A stretch of DNA of 64,000 nt from Takakia lepidozioides (taxonomy: Eukaryota > Plantae > Bryophyta): the NCBI GenBank assembly GCA_030704615.1, contig CM060731.1:93372001-93436000 (forward strand), written 5' to 3'. The notes under the pieces are model-generated. The model was not told the origin of the DNA, made no database searches, and saw only the letters and a program-made list of their open reading frames with translations. Below are positions 36,565 through 49,879 of the stretch, piece after piece. Every line of letters starts with the position of its first letter. Positions within the stretch are counted from its first letter, which is position 1. The translations under genes and the position numbers were made by a program.

Positions 36565-37290
36565 TCGGAAATGTGGCACCGCATTTCCAAAACCGGGGCA
36601 AGAACAATTTTCCGTTTCATGGTTTGGACATCAGAAACTGTTCGGCCGAACGGAAATGCGGTGCCTGCGGTGCCGCATTTCCGTTTTCGACACGGCAGTT
36701 TTGCCGATTGCCAGCTCCTTCCATGGAGGTAAATGGAAATGCCACCCCGCATGCGGCGGTCGAACATGTTATCTAAATGGCGGACATGGAAATGCGGTGC
36801 CGCATTTCCATTTTGGAGATGGACGTTTTTCCAACTGCAGACCCATCGACGGAAATGCGGCTCCGCATTTCATGATGTTAGACGGGAATGCGGCACCGCA
36901 TTCCATTGTCCAATAAGAAATTTCGATGACGTACATGGAAATGTGGCGCCGCATTTCCAGAACGGACATCGTTGTTTGTCCAATTCCAGACCCTTGGACG
37001 GAAATGCGGCACCGCATTCCATTGTCCAATAAGAACTTTCGATTGCCAAACATGGAAATGCGTCGCCGCATTTGCAAGGCCCACAACGTTGTTTGTCCAA
37101 TTCCAGACCCGTGTGGGTATTCCGTCTAGCTGGACGGTGTCCAATACGAAATTTTGATGACGGACATGGAAATGCGGTGCCACATTTTCAGAACGGACAT
37201 CGTTGTTTGTCCAATTCCAGACCCTTCGACGGAAATGCGGCACCGCATTCCATTGTGCTCTCCAGAAATGCGGTGTCGCATTCCATTGTC
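36565..37290. repeat. B-palindrome array
   Basis: Repeated GGAAATGCGGYRCCGCATT. Confidence 0.85.
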
Positions 37291-37573
37291 CATTTCCGAG
37301 CTTCGGCATGTACATGTTTCCTTTTACTCATACATGGATTTCCTTCACCTCAGGACTCTGATATCGCTGACTCTGGTATATTCATATGGACAGACACATT
37401 GTAGAAATGAGACCACAAATTGTAAACAATGGGCCAATGACGGCAGTTCTTGAACACAATGAAACACAAGCACACAGAAGTGAGGTACGATGGGTTGTTT
37501 TATTGATCGAACACGGTGTCTCACATTTAGCAACTCCAGACAAATCTAAGCCCTTCCTCCTTTTACATGGGCG

Positions 37574-38275
37574 TCACCAAGTCGACGGAACTTCGATAGC
37601 CCTCAAAACAAGCTCATTACTGATGCGGCACCTCGAGGTAAACTGCAATGCGGTCGTTCTGGTGCCCTTGGTGGAGCTGACGACAATGTCATGCCCATCA
37701 ATCATACCACCATCACACATTGACAAGGTCACTGTGGGCCTCATGTGCCCGTGCGATTCGTCTTCGCAACTCAGCCGAATGTCTCCGTACACTGGAAGAG
37801 CGGAGTGAACTCTACGAATATAGTTTTCCCCGGTGCCGTCCTCCCTAGTCCACTGGCAGCAGTTCCAGCGCCAAAGCGAGGCCGTGCGTGATCTGTTCGA
37901 CATCCCATTCCACTTGGTATATCGAGGTCAACAATTTTTAGGACCCACGGACCGCATTGACCCTCGCCCTCACCTCGCTCAAAGCGGTAATAGCCCTCCA
38001 AATACTCCATTGCGCGCAAAGACTCCCGCTTGATTCGAGAAGCGTCTGTGAAAACAGAGAGCCAAACAATGATGTCTCTTGATTCTGGTTTGAACATAGC
38101 ATAATCGTGGCCATGATAGGGGCAGTCAGCAGGATTTCGGCGGCACGGCATCCTTGAAAAAGAGTAGTGGAGTACGCTCAATGACAACAGCTCCCGGATG
38201 GAGGAGGTAGCAGCGCGGTGGCTGGAAGAAGTTCAAGCAAACGATGCAATTCCTCACAAACACTCCAGGGCACAT
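37574..38275 (-). CDS. Unknown protein, paralog 1 (host B copy)
   Basis: Homologous to 29723-30422. Confidence 0.6.
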
Positions 38276-38557
38276 TTAAATTCCCCCCCTACAGGAACCT
38301 GCACGGATGAAGATTGGCTGCTCCATGAATGTAGCCATTTCAGTTTCTTTCCCTGCCATGCAAACTATGGGCAGTAAGTGCCAAGTGGGCCTATAGCCAC
38401 TCGAGACGACGAAGTCTATCTCCCCTTTGATGTAAATGCGGCGCCGAATTTCCATCCGGGGGATGGACTTCGGTGGCAGATTTCAAACTATACCCCGTGG
38501 ATGAGAAACAAGTATCAGTTCATCCACCGCTGGCGTGATGAACACGTTACACGATGA

Positions 38558-39271
38558 TTGGTGAGTACGTGGGACCCAGATGCTCCATTATTGGAGCCGC
38601 CACTGCTCTTCCGCTTCTCATCATTTCGAAAATCTAAGGGCTTCGTTGTTGTCCGCAAGGTCATTGTCATCGGCATCAAAGATGTCCTCAGGTCCTCTTT
38701 TGCAAAGATGTCGTGCTTCCGGAACCGGGACGACTACCCTTATGGAGGCTTCGATTATGCAATGTATTCGGCCACATCGGGAGACATCGTTATTTGGTAC
38801 ACAGTTTACACAGAAGATACTGGTTCGAATGTGGAAACATTGTCCGCTTTTGAGTATATCCCATGCCACTACGCCTTCGAGCAGGGTGACGATCTTGGTC
38901 TGAGGAGTCCGTGGCTCCTGCGCATCCTTGATTCTGATTTTCCCAGCTACGACGGGCACCCATGCAGAAGAATGCGCACTGCTATGCTGTTGCGGTGGAA
39001 CTGCTGCCAGTGGACGTGGGTGGACTCCATCGGAGAGACCTATTATCCTGAAGGAGTGCACTCCTCTTCTCCATTGTATGGGGACATTCGCATTGGTGTG
39101 GACGACGAAAACGTGAAGCTTTCCATATTCGATGGTGGTATGATTGAAGGGCACGACATTGTGGTGAACATCAACAGGGGCGGTACAACGGCTGCAATCC
39201 AGTTTACCTGGAGGAGCCCGATGACTCATGAGCTAGTTTTCAGAGCAGTCGAAGTCCCATTGACAACGTGA
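38558..39271 (+). CDS. Unknown protein, paralog 2 (host B copy; 237-aa open frame)
   Basis: Homologous to 30646-31407 and to paralog 1. Confidence 0.65.
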   Translation: MVSTWDPDAPLLEPPLLFRFSSFRKSKGFVVVRKVIVIGIKDVLRSSFAKMSCFRNRDDYPYGGFDYAMYSATSGDIVIWYTVYTEDTGSNVETLSAFEYIPCHYAFEQGDDLGLRSPWLLRILDSDFPSYDGHPCRRMRTAMLLRWNCCQWTWVDSIGETYYPEGVHSSSPLYGDIRIGVDDENVKLSIFDGGMIEGHDIVVNINRGGTTAAIQFTWRSPMTHELVFRAVEVPLTT

Positions 39272-40397
39272 CTTGTATTCAGAAGGCACAGGGCTAAAGA
39301 TTTGTTTGCACAATCAGCACAGTAGACGTGCTTCAAATGCAATTCATGTGGATCAATAAAAAGCCCATAGTGTTGTCTTTTTGTTCTATTCTGTATCCAT
39401 CGTTCCCAAAATGCATCATTCCTCATTTCGTTTGGGATTGGGAGTGTGGGTGGATTTTGCAAGTGGCTGGTAGGCTGAAATGGGCCCCCATTGTATAGAG
39501 CAGTACCACCCTACCATTCGCGAAACATTGCCTTTCAATATGTAATTCTAAAAAACATTGCCGAACCTCCTTCATCGGGAGGTACTTCTCCCCCTATGAC
39601 CGTGACACCCTAAACCCTATTCCCGCGGACACTCATTTCCGGAAAATAGTCCTGCTTATGTTTTTTTTGACACTTACGACTCTGCTCATGGCTCATGCCG
39701 CTCATGGCTCATGGCTCATGAAATAGCAGCCCCCTTCCCATATCACATATGGAATTCTCTTCAGTACCCTTTTCTCAGCATTGGTATGTTAGTAAGGAAA
39801 ATTACAGTGGTCTCTACCCTTTCTTCAAGATTACATCATCCTGCCAGAATCCATAGCACAACTTAATCTTTCTTTACTGATTGATCACCAATCTTTCAAT
39901 GGGCACAATAATACCATTTGTCATGATCTGTATACCTAACTTGTAACAAATCTTAAGGCATCCAGTATTCTACTTCTGCCATTTCTGCCTCGTGGCCGGG
40001 TAGTGTGAAGTAAATCCCGTCGTGGCTCAAGTTGCCCTGCCCTCGTGGTACTGGCACTTAGCCGTTATCATTTATTCCCCCCCTCCTTTGAAATTGTGTC
40101 CGCACAATTTCATTAGTACTTGTGCTTGGGCACCTTGTTTCTTTTGGGGGATGTAGGGTAGTGGCATGCCTTGCTGTTGGTTCGTCTGTTGGATTCCTCC
40201 CATGTCGTAGTGTCGATCTCGGTGGTCAGGATCTCGCGATATGTGAGCAGTTCCTCCTTTGTCCAGGGTACAATGTTTTTGGTCGCCCTGTTGCCCATTA
40301 ACCAGTTAACTGCTGCGTTCTTCATCTGCGGTTTGGTCTTCCTCGTTGGTGTATAAATCATGGATGAGGGCTCTGTCATGTATCAGTTTATAGCCCT

Positions 40398-40876
40398 TTA
40401 ACTTGTTGATAATTCTACTTGGTCATTCCCTTGAGGATAATAAGCAGTACTCTTGTGATGTACGATCATGAATTCTTCTGTCAAGCATTTTATGGCATCA
40501 TTCATAAAATGTGATCCTTGATCACTGACAAATTCCAGTGGACCACCAAATCGTGTGATGATGTTTTCATATAAGAACTTGGCTGTTGACTTGGCATGGC
40601 AGTGTTGTCTCTTAGTGCCTTGGCCTCTACCCACTTGGTAGTGTAATCAGTGGTTGTGAGGATGTATTGGTTCTGTGTGTGCCTCGCTGGAGGTTTAATG
40701 GGTCCCACGAAGTCTAGTCCCCAACGCTGAAATGGCTCTGTTGGTAGTATTGGGTGCATAGCTCCTCTTCCAGTTCTTTCTACTCGTCCCATTCTCTGGC
40801 AGACATCACACTGTTGGTAGTGTTCGTAAGTGTCTCCAAAAATTGTAGGCCACCAGTATCCTGCTAATAATATCAT
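40398..40876 (-). pseudogene. Gypsy integrase fragment
   Basis: [40 protein letters not shown]. Confidence 0.85.
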
Positions 40877-40879
40877 CTA

Positions 40880-41160
40880 ATGGGTTCCATTAGGTCAGTT
40901 ATTGCTCTAGCAGCACATTATGGTTGGGACATATGTCAGTTAGATGTCAAAACTGATTTATTGAATGATGACTTAGAGGAAGATATATTTATGACCCAGC
41001 CATCGGGCTTTGGAGGGAAAAAGAAAGAGACCATGGTTTGTAGGCTTCTAAAAACTTTGTATGGCTTGAAACAAGCTCCGCGAACTTGGTATCAAAAAAT
41101 GGATGGGTTTCTCAAACAACAAAAGATAAAGAAGACAAACTCAAACTACAATTTATACTT
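40880..41160 (+). pseudogene. Ty1/copia reverse transcriptase fragment
   Basis: QLDVKT..DLEEDIFMTQPSGF..VCRLLKTLYGLKQAPRTWY. Confidence 0.9.
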
Positions 41161-41491
41161 TTTTTTATCTGTCAGATCCGAACTGAAGTGTCCTCCTGAT
41201 ATTCCTTCATGTAATTCTTGGTCTTGAATTGTATTCAGGAATTCTTGGTCTTGAATTGACCAAGATTGACCAATATTGACCAATATCCAATCTTGGTCAA
41301 TATCCAATATTGGTCAATATTGGTCAATATTGAACCAATATTGGACTTAGATATAGGGAAGCACCCCCATGATACACTAGTTGTAGGTCATGACTGATTG
41401 TTCTGAGCGGGAGGAGTACTTAGAGATATCCCACTCTTCTATCTTGGAGTTTCCACCTCGGATAGCTAAGGGATGGGTGAGTAAAAACCAC

Positions 41492-41801
41492 TCAACATTG
41501 AACACGGAAACAATCAGATCTTTTCTTGATCCGTGGCTTCATTGTAAATAGTGCACGTGTTCTCAAATTGATTAAGATGGATATCTGGATCAGATTTCCC
41601 ATCAGACAAAGGAAATGGCGGTCGGGTTTTGCTTGCTGCCAGAGCCATTGGTGCTGTAGGTGCAACCGGTGCTGCAGGTTGTCCAAACTGAAATGGTCCA
41701 ACTGCTGTTGAAGATCTTGGTGTTGGGATTGTCAATACTAGTGGTGTTGCTGGTGTCTGTCTTCCAAAGAGAGACTCAAAACTAGGAGGCCCTTGTCCCA
41801 A
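41492..41801 (-). pseudogene. Retrotransposon gag fragment
   Basis: DGKSDPDIHLNQFENTC. Confidence 0.6.
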
Positions 41802-42869
41802 GGATAGCTGCCTGCTAGCTGCTGTCCCAACTGAATTTAATGAATCTTTAAAAGCTTTGAGTGTTGTTCTGTTACTTTTTCTGGAGAAGCGGTTTCAATT
41901 CTTTCGCCTTCTTCACCTAGAAGATCCTCAAATTTTTCCTCCAATACTTCCGCAAAACCTCGATTTGGGCTTGTTACTGTGGAAGGTACTTCAGATCTTT
42001 CTTGTGATAACCATTCGTTGAGTGTATTACTCGTAGCTCCTTCTGGTGTGGTATTCTCAGTTTCTGGAGATCTGATTTCTCAATCTTCTAGATTATTAGT
42101 GTCAGCTCGCCCTGATGTTTTTCCTTGAAGAATATTAAGATTCTGTAGCTCTGGGAATTCTACTCTCAATCGAGCTTCCCTTTCTGCTGCATATCTTTCT
42201 ACTCTCTCAGCTCTATCTTGCTTAGCTTTTTCCTTATTCTCTTCATTCATTCCCACATCATATATGGAATTCTCTTCAGTACCCTTTTCTCAGCATTGGT
42301 ATGTCAGTAAAGAAAATTACAGTCGTCTCTACCCTTTCTTCAAGATTACATCATCCTGCCAGAATCCGTAGCACAACTTAATATTTCTTTACTGATTGAT
42401 CACCAATATTTTAATGGGCACAATAATACCATTTGTCATGATCTGTATACCTAACCTATAACAAATCTTAAGGCATCCAGTATTCTACTTCTTCTATGAC
42501 AGTGTGACAGTCGTCATAATTTGAGCACCCTACTTTGTAGCTATAGCTAGTATAACGTATCTTACTGATCGGTATCAGTGTAATCAGTAAAGCTAGACGA
42601 GAAAGCCATATCTCGCTTACTCGTTGTGGTTCCCAAAGTGCTTGTGCAATATTGATGACTCCTCCCTTCAATCCCCATTTATCATCTTCTTTGGCAATTG
42701 AAAGAAATATCTTCTGTTGTATCGCTACTAGTAAACCATGAAACTTTTCTAGGAATGATTTCCATCCTTTGATTCGTTCCCTTGTGATTTCAGGAAATCA
42801 TTGAGTAGCCATCCTTCCTTGAGTTCACTGGAACTCAACATACCGTTAGTCCCCAATATGGTCGCCAAA

Positions 42870-43789
42870 TGTTAACCGCTGGTTCGTGACTTAGGCAAAA
42901 TGGGCTTTCATCAGTACAGTCCATTTGCCAAGGCACTTATCAAAGGTTGTCCGACGGTATGTCTGCATTGACGATTACAGCGTAATCATCAATGGCCGTG
43001 GAACACTCATGTTCTACAAGTCAATATCCCTGTTACTGAAGTCCTTGGACTGATCATCATCAATATTCTATAATCAGACAATGATACCACCAACTTAGGC
43101 GAAGCTGTATTGCTACAGCTGTGACTAAGTTCTGGTTAAGTACACAACAATGCAATCTACTATGTGCAACTGCATATAAGATCTATCCAGAGATGATACA
43201 CATTCTCACCATCTCACGTTCTATCATAATACATATTCTCTCCATCTCACGATCACTCTACGCATAAGTACTTGGAAAAGCATGGCTTTACTTCAGAGTC
43301 ACCACATCATAGCATAAGTACACATTGAATATCTCTGATTCCACACTGATACATTGATACTTCCTAAGTTGCGTGCAGTCCTTTTATACTATGCTCGAAA
43401 GAGCTATTTACAGCCTGCGGTCGTTAATGACCGTTGTCTAACTGCCTACGCAACCTAAAAGGTTTGCCAAAAAAGTGGCCCATGGTCGTGGCTCGTGGTC
43501 ATGGTCGTGTGCCCTAGTGGTACACGGTCCACAGTCCCTCACTACTTCTCCTACTAGTAAAGCCTATGCTACCATGGCCATGTGATATTGTGTTTCACGG
43601 CCCACGGCTGCTACACTACCCGGTACTGCTCCTCGTGGTAGTGTGGCCCGTCCTCTGCTACTGCTAAGTGTCGAGCACTTAGCCATTTTTGCCTCGTGGC
43701 CGGGTAGTGTGAAGTAAATCACTACCCGCCTAATCCCGTCGTGGCTCAAGCTACCCTGCCCTCGTGATACTTGCACTTAGCTGTTATCA
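42870..43789 (-). repeat. LTR (~920 bp)
   Basis: TG/CA ends, adjacent PBS-like motif, partial second copy at 39975-40070. Confidence 0.7.
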
Positions 43790-45888
43790 GTCGTCCACGT
43801 GGCATGATTATGGAATGACACGTGCAAATTGGCCATGGCCATGGGAGAGAGACACGCACGTGGAAAAAAATGGTGGCGACACGTGCGTTTCCAGAATGAT
43901 AGGATTGCGACACGTGCGATAATGAGGGGGGGACATGTGGTCGGGGGTGGGTTGTGGGGGTGGTCGTGGTCACACGACGCCAGTGTGGGTGTTTCCACCT
44001 GTGTGTGGGAAATGTGACAGTTCAGGGTGTGGAATTCTTCACAGTGGCACTAGACTTCGCCATGGGAACGGTCTCACATGGCAGTGACATTGTGTACAGA
44101 GAGGGAAATGGGGATTAGTCCACAGGAACATACAACAAACCAACAAATCCATACATACATACACATTGCACACAATGCACAAATACAGTATATAGACCCT
44201 GCACATGAACAGAAGCAACAAACATGACATAAACAAAAGACCAAAGGGTTTCCAAAATGTTTAATCATTGACATGTCAAAGTTTTGGAAGCCAACAACAT
44301 CAAGGTCCGCGATAGCATGAAGATACATTTCGAGCATCCAGGTGCCTACAAGTCAAAATGCATGTGGTGGGACCTCAACATGCTTACCTTGGTAGTTCAT
44401 TCTCAACTCTTCGAAGAACTCCACAACAGGATGGAAGGCAGGCACCGCCACTGGTGCTGCTGCAGTAGTAGCTTGGGTGGATGTTGTAGTTGTTGTGCCA
44501 CTAGTCCCACTACTGCTCATGGAAGCTGCCAATGCAGCTGCCGGTGTGGCTGCTGCCCTTGTCCCTCTAGTGCCTCTAGTGATGGAGACATAGTCGGGTG
44601 ACCAGTACATCCTCCATTCCTCGATCTCAACATCGTGCCCCCGCCTAAACTCATGGTAATCATCCATGGGCGGCCCCTCAAGGTGCTGAAACAGCCCCTT
44701 CCATGCCATGAAATGCGTAAACAGTTGTGGATTGCGCATTTGCTACAAGTCACACCAACTAGCAAACTCTTGAATGAAATCATCCAACTCAATGGTGTCC
44801 ACCGCCCCAGAGTACCTTCGTAGCCCCTTGGTGGCTCTATACATCTCCTCCATTGTGTCCCACAACAATGGCAAGGAAACAACTTGCACCGCCGATGTGA
44901 GTCCTCCTGGTTCACAATCCGAATCAGACACTTCCATAGAAGACACAGGAGGTGAAGGTGGCCTAAACCGCACACCTCGTCTCGTGTACCCGCTAGTATC
45001 GCTAGTGCTCGTACCGACACTTTCCCCAGCAACTAGTGGCACCTCTGTGTTGACAAACTGACACTCAACCGGTCATGAACCTGTCTCTAACCCCCTCTCC
45101 ACAAGGTATCCGGGTAGAGAACCTGATGCGGCTTATGGTTTGGAATACTAGGTTCCTAACATAGCCTGTACCTGCACTTGCATCCACCGCAGGCACTCCT
45201 ATGGTTGGCTGGTCATCACCTCCAACCTCACCACAGGAGAAACAAAGATGGTTGGGCTGAAAACCCGAAAAGATTACATGCAGGGAAATAATCCCCTGTG
45301 TTAAAACGCAACAGGGAGGCAATTCTGACTTTTCTGCCGGATCAGCTAGCTCAAAACCGTTGTTCTTCAGAGCCTAGCCTCCCCAACAAGGTCCCACAAA
45401 ATGAGTGATTTTATTTATTTCTTTATTTTTTTCACTCTGACTGTTCGCGGCCTTCCTTGGCTCCAACCGCCATGACTCCTCACAGCCCGCCCTAGGTGCT
45501 CATTGGCCACGGGCTGCCCCGTGGTACCACGCACACAAGCCTTCACGGCCTGCCATCCCCACGATCTGGTCACCGTGCCCACCTGTGGTGTCCGCACCAC
45601 GGCTTCCCACGGTCACGGTCAACGGTCACGGTCAACGGTCACGGTCAACAGTCACGGCCTGGGCTCGTGGTATCTCGTGATACCGCCCCCACGGCCCATC
45701 ACGGCCACTGTTCCCTGCGTTCCCAAGAACTCCACATGAGTTCACATACGTTCCCGATCGCTCCCGTGACGTTCCCACGCGTTCCCGAGCTCTCCCCAAG
45801 CTGGGGTTTGCTCCTGCACCTGCTGCCGCTGAGCTATGGCTTCTGCGGAGCCATCAACCCCGTTGCCCTACACTCTTGAGCTCTCACA
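43790..45888 (-). mobile_element. Probable LTR-retrotransposon fragment (TG start at 45888, gag-like ORFs at 44353-45042)
   Basis: YSGAVDTIELDDFIQEFASWC gag-like segment; TG boundary abuts B copy 3. Confidence 0.45.
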
Positions 45889-47076
45889 AATGCGGTGCCG
45901 CATTCGATTTCTAATCATTCCCCACTGTGTATGCAGACGAAGCAGTTCGATGCATACTGCTTTGTGAAGGAGAACTCAACCTTTGCTTTCCGGAAGGAGG
46001 GATTGTTGGTTGACCCGAATTGCGACCCCATCGATTATGACGTCTTGTTCAACAACGTTCCCACGGAACTCCTCCCCCATAGTCTCACTTCAACGGAACC
46101 CCTGCGGTATTCACCGACTCGGAGCCCTGCCTTCATCCAGACAATTATGGAAGCATGCACTGGCCTATAGGGCAGAGTGCTGGACCTCATCTGTGGAACA
46201 GGTATGCAGATTCTTGTACTATGCTATTCTGTGAATTCTCATTCTGTTCAAATTCACCATGTGTGAAGGGCCATTTTTGAATGAGTGGATGGCATTGTAA
46301 CAGGTGCCTCAATGTGGGCTGGGTGATTTTCCGACCGGCACCTCTTTGCCTACGAGGAGGACACATCCGTCTGGGGATCCCATCTGGAAGGGCTTCAACG
46401 GAATGTGAAGGCTCCCATCGAAGCCAAAGATTCCACGGATTCGTCGGACTCGGAGGAAGAGACAGTGGACATTGATGCCGAGGAGAACCCGGAATACGAG
46501 TGAGTGTAAACATTATAAGTTTGCAAAGCCTTCTGGGTGATTTTTTGTCAAACGCATTTGCGGACTGTGGTTCTCATTGGTCTCGTGGGTGAATGTTATG
46601 TGCAGGATTCCAGGATCCGGGTCGAAACATGTAGGGCATACACTTCTTGCCAGGACGAATGTCCCGTTCTTTGCGAGGGCCGACTTCATGAAGAGCCCAG
46701 TGAAGGACTACTCCCTTCCTAGTTATGCAGCTAAACTCGCAAATACAGCGATTAACGATGTGAGAATCCCAGTAAAGTATAGCAGATTTTGGAGATGGCT
46801 AGGGAGGACAGAAGGATAAGGAAAGAGTTGGCAGCAGCTGAGACATGTAGACGGGTGCGAAAGTTCATATGTGATTCAGCGGAAGAGAGCGATGCAGAAA
46901 GGGAGGACGACGACCCAACGGAGGTGAGATGGTCGGTTCCGCAAGGGGAAGATGGAATTTTTGAAAGCCTGGCCAACGAGCAGTCCGCTGGACATGAGAA
47001 AGGCAATGACGGGGTGGAAGGGGAGCAGGACAGTCAAGGACAGGACGACGGTAGTAATGATTTTCAAGATTGGTAG
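45889..47076 (+). pseudogene. 3' exons of ParB-MTase-like gene (copy 3)
   Basis: RSPAFIQTIMEACT; EVRWSVPQGEDGIFE; stops and frameshifts. Confidence 0.75.
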
Positions 47077-47209
47077 AATTTTAATTAACTCTCTGTATAT
47101 TTAAATTCTCTTCCAGAGTATATAAAAGAAATTCTCACCGTCCTTCACGTCCCCTCTCCCATGTGCTTCTCAACGACACCATCGTCCAAACCACGTCCCT
47201 CCCAAATTC

Positions 47210-48075
47210 GGAAATGCGGCACCGCATTTCTATGTCGGAACGGAAATGTGGGAACTGCAAAAACCTCATTTGGAAATGCGGCACCGCATTTCCAGAACCG
47301 GGGCAAGAACAATTTTCCGTCTCCTGGTTTGGACATCAGAAACTATTTGGCCGAACGGAAATGCGGTGCCGCATTTCTGTTTTGAACACGGCAGTTTTAG
47401 GGAAATGGAAATGTCACTCCGCATGCGGAGGTCGAACACGTTATTTACATGGCGGAAATGGAAATGCGGTGCCGCATTTCCATTTTTGAGATGGACGTTT
47501 TTCCAACTCCAGACCCATCGACGGAAATGCGGCTCTGCATTCCATGATGCTGGACGAGAATGTGGCACCGCATTCCATTCTCCAATAAGAAATTTCGATG
47601 ACGTACATGGAAATGCGGCGCCGCATTTCCAGAACGGACATCGTTGTTTGTCCAATTTCAGACCCTTGGACGGAAATGCGGCACCGCATTCCATTGTCTA
47701 ATACGAAATTTTGATGACGAACATGGAAATGCGGTGCCGCATTTCCAGAACAAACATCGTTGATTGTCCAATTCTAGACCCGTCGACGGAAATGCGGCAC
47801 CGCATTCCATTGTCCAATAAGAAAATTTGATGACGGACATGGAAATGCGGTGCCGCATTTCCAGAACGGACATGGATATGCATTGGCGATTGGACGTGGT
47901 TGGACAATTCAAGGTCCAATATCGAAATGCGGTGCCGCATTTCCAATTCGAAGTATGGTAATGTCATGTCAAGAAATGAAATGTGGTACAACATTTCCGT
48001 TACGACCACAACGGAGGAAATGGAGCTGCCAGAAATCGCTGCATGGAGAAAAATGAAATGCAGTGCTGCATTTCC
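47210..48075. repeat. B-palindrome array
   Basis: Repeated GGAAATGCGGYRCCGCATTTCC. Confidence 0.85.
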
Positions 48076-48350
48076 GAGCTTGAGCATGTACATGTTTCCT
48101 TTTACTCATACATGGATTTTCTTCACCTCAGGACTCTGATATCGCTGACTCTGGTATATTCATGTGGACAAACACATTGTACAAATGAGACCACAAATTG
48201 TAAACAGTGGGCCAATTACAACATTTCTTGAACACAATGAAACACAACACACAGAAGTGAGGTACGAGGGGTTGTTTTATTGATCGAACACGGTGTCTCA
48301 CATTTAGCAACTCCAGACAAATCTAAGCCCTTCCGCCTTGTACATGGGCG

Positions 48351-49034
48351 TCACCAAGTCGACGGAACTTCGATAGCCCTCAAAACAAGCTCATTACTGA
48401 ACCGGCACCTCCAGGTAAACTGCAATGCGGTCATTATGGTGCCCTTGGTGGAGCTGACGACAATGTCATGCCCATCAATCATACCACCATCATACATTGA
48501 TAAGTTGACTGTGGGCCTCATGTGCCCGTGTGATTCGTCTTCGCAACTCAGCCGAATGTCTCCATACAGTGGAAGAGCGGATTGAACTCCACGAATATAG
48601 TTTTCCCCGGTGCCGTCCTCCCTGGTCCACTGGCAGCAGTTCCAATGCCAAAGCGAGGTCGTGCGTGATCTGTCTGGCATCCCATTCCAACTTGGTATAT
48701 CGAGGTCAACAATTTTCAGGACCCACGGACTGCATTGACCCTCGCCCTCACCTCGCTCAAAGCGGTAATAGCCCTCCAAATACTCCATTGCGCGCAAAGA
48801 CTCCCGCTTGATTCCAGAAGCGTCTGTGAAAACAGAGAGCCAGACAATGATGTCTCCTGATTCTGGTTTGAACATAGCATCATCGTGGCCATGATAAGGG
48901 CAGTCAGCAAGATTGCGGCGGCACGGCATCCTTGAAAAGATTACCGGAGTACGCTCAACGACAGCAGCTCCCGGATGGAGGAGGCAGCAGCGCGGTGGCT
49001 GGAAGAAGTTGAAGCAAATGCTGCAATTCCTCAC
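48351..49034 (-). CDS. Unknown protein, paralog 1 (copy 3; 227-aa frame)
   Basis: Homologous to 29723-30422. Confidence 0.6.
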   Translation of the reverse strand: MRNCSICFNFFQPPRCCLLHPGAAVVERTPVIFSRMPCRRNLADCPYHGHDDAMFKPESGDIIVWLSVFTDASGIKRESLRAMEYLEGYYRFERGEGEGQCSPWVLKIVDLDIPSWNGMPDRSRTTSLWHWNCCQWTREDGTGENYIRGVQSALPLYGDIRLSCEDESHGHMRPTVNLSMYDGGMIDGHDIVVSSTKGTIMTALQFTWRCRFSNELVLRAIEVPSTW

Positions 49035-49038
49035 TAAC

Positions 49039-49460
49039 TATCTATTTTTTGATACTTTCATGTTGCCACATTGGCAGTAATATGTCAAAATCACTCCAAA
49101 ACCACCATATGCAAACCTCCAATCAACATTGCAATGGAGTTTATAGGCACCAAGCAACACCACAACATTTGGTTTGATTGGCATTTTGTTAATGAAGTCC
49201 TCTGCCTCATCCAATCGCCCCGCACTGCCAAGAAGGTCCACCTGCATGCAGCCAAAGTGCTCCAAAGCTAAAGTGATGCCATGATCTTGACTCAAGGAGT
49301 TGAAGCAGTATTTGCCTTCATCCACTAGGCCGGCATGGCTACATGCGGAGATAACACATAAAAAAAATGAAATTGTCCTACTTCAATCTTTCCACTTGCA
49401 TTTCTTTCAACAGTTGTAGGGCCTCCATAGATCACAACCCTACTGGGCATATCCTGCAAT
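49039..49460 (-). pseudogene. Captured PLS/E-class pentatricopeptide-repeat gene fragment
   Basis: SACSHAGLVDEGKYCF..DHGI..EHFGCM.VDLLGSAGRLDEAEDFINKMPIKPNVVV.LLGAYKLH. Confidence 0.9.
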
Positions 49461-49879
49461 CAACTTCCAGCCACATGATCGGTCAACCCCAGACTTAGGG
49501 CATCTGTTATTCGACTGGTCCTCTCTCTGATGGGATGCCACATTCTGGAGATTCGCTACGTTTTCCAACGATTCCCAGATAACTAACAAATTGTCATGTT
49601 TTGGCGGGCACATTTAAATTTCCCCTCTACAGGAACCTGCACGGATGAAGATTGGCTGCTCCATGAATGTAGCCGTTTCAGTTTCCTTCCGTGCCATGCA
49701 AACTATGGGCAGTAAGTGCCAGGTGGGCCTATAGCCACTCGAGACGACAAAGTCCATCCCCCCTTCAATGTAAATGCGGCGCCGAATTTCCATCCGGGGG
49801 ATGGACTTCGGTTGCAGATTTCAAACTATACCCCGTGGAGGAGAAAGAGGTATCGGTTCATCCACCGCTGGCGTGATGA

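Larger units (their letters stand above)
31871..39734. mobile_element. Subfamily B host copy, right part, with intact right terminus
   Basis: Colinear with 24130-31870; ends GCTCATGAAATAGCAGCCCCC. Confidence 0.9.
39975..43789 (-). mobile_element. Internally deleted Ty3/gypsy LTR retrotransposon
   Basis: 5' LTR 43789-42870 (TG..CA), PBS-like TTTGGCGACCA next to it, gag fragment, integrase fragment, polypurine tract at ~40071-40090 next to a 3' LTR remnant (39975-40070 matches 43681-43789). Confidence 0.75.
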
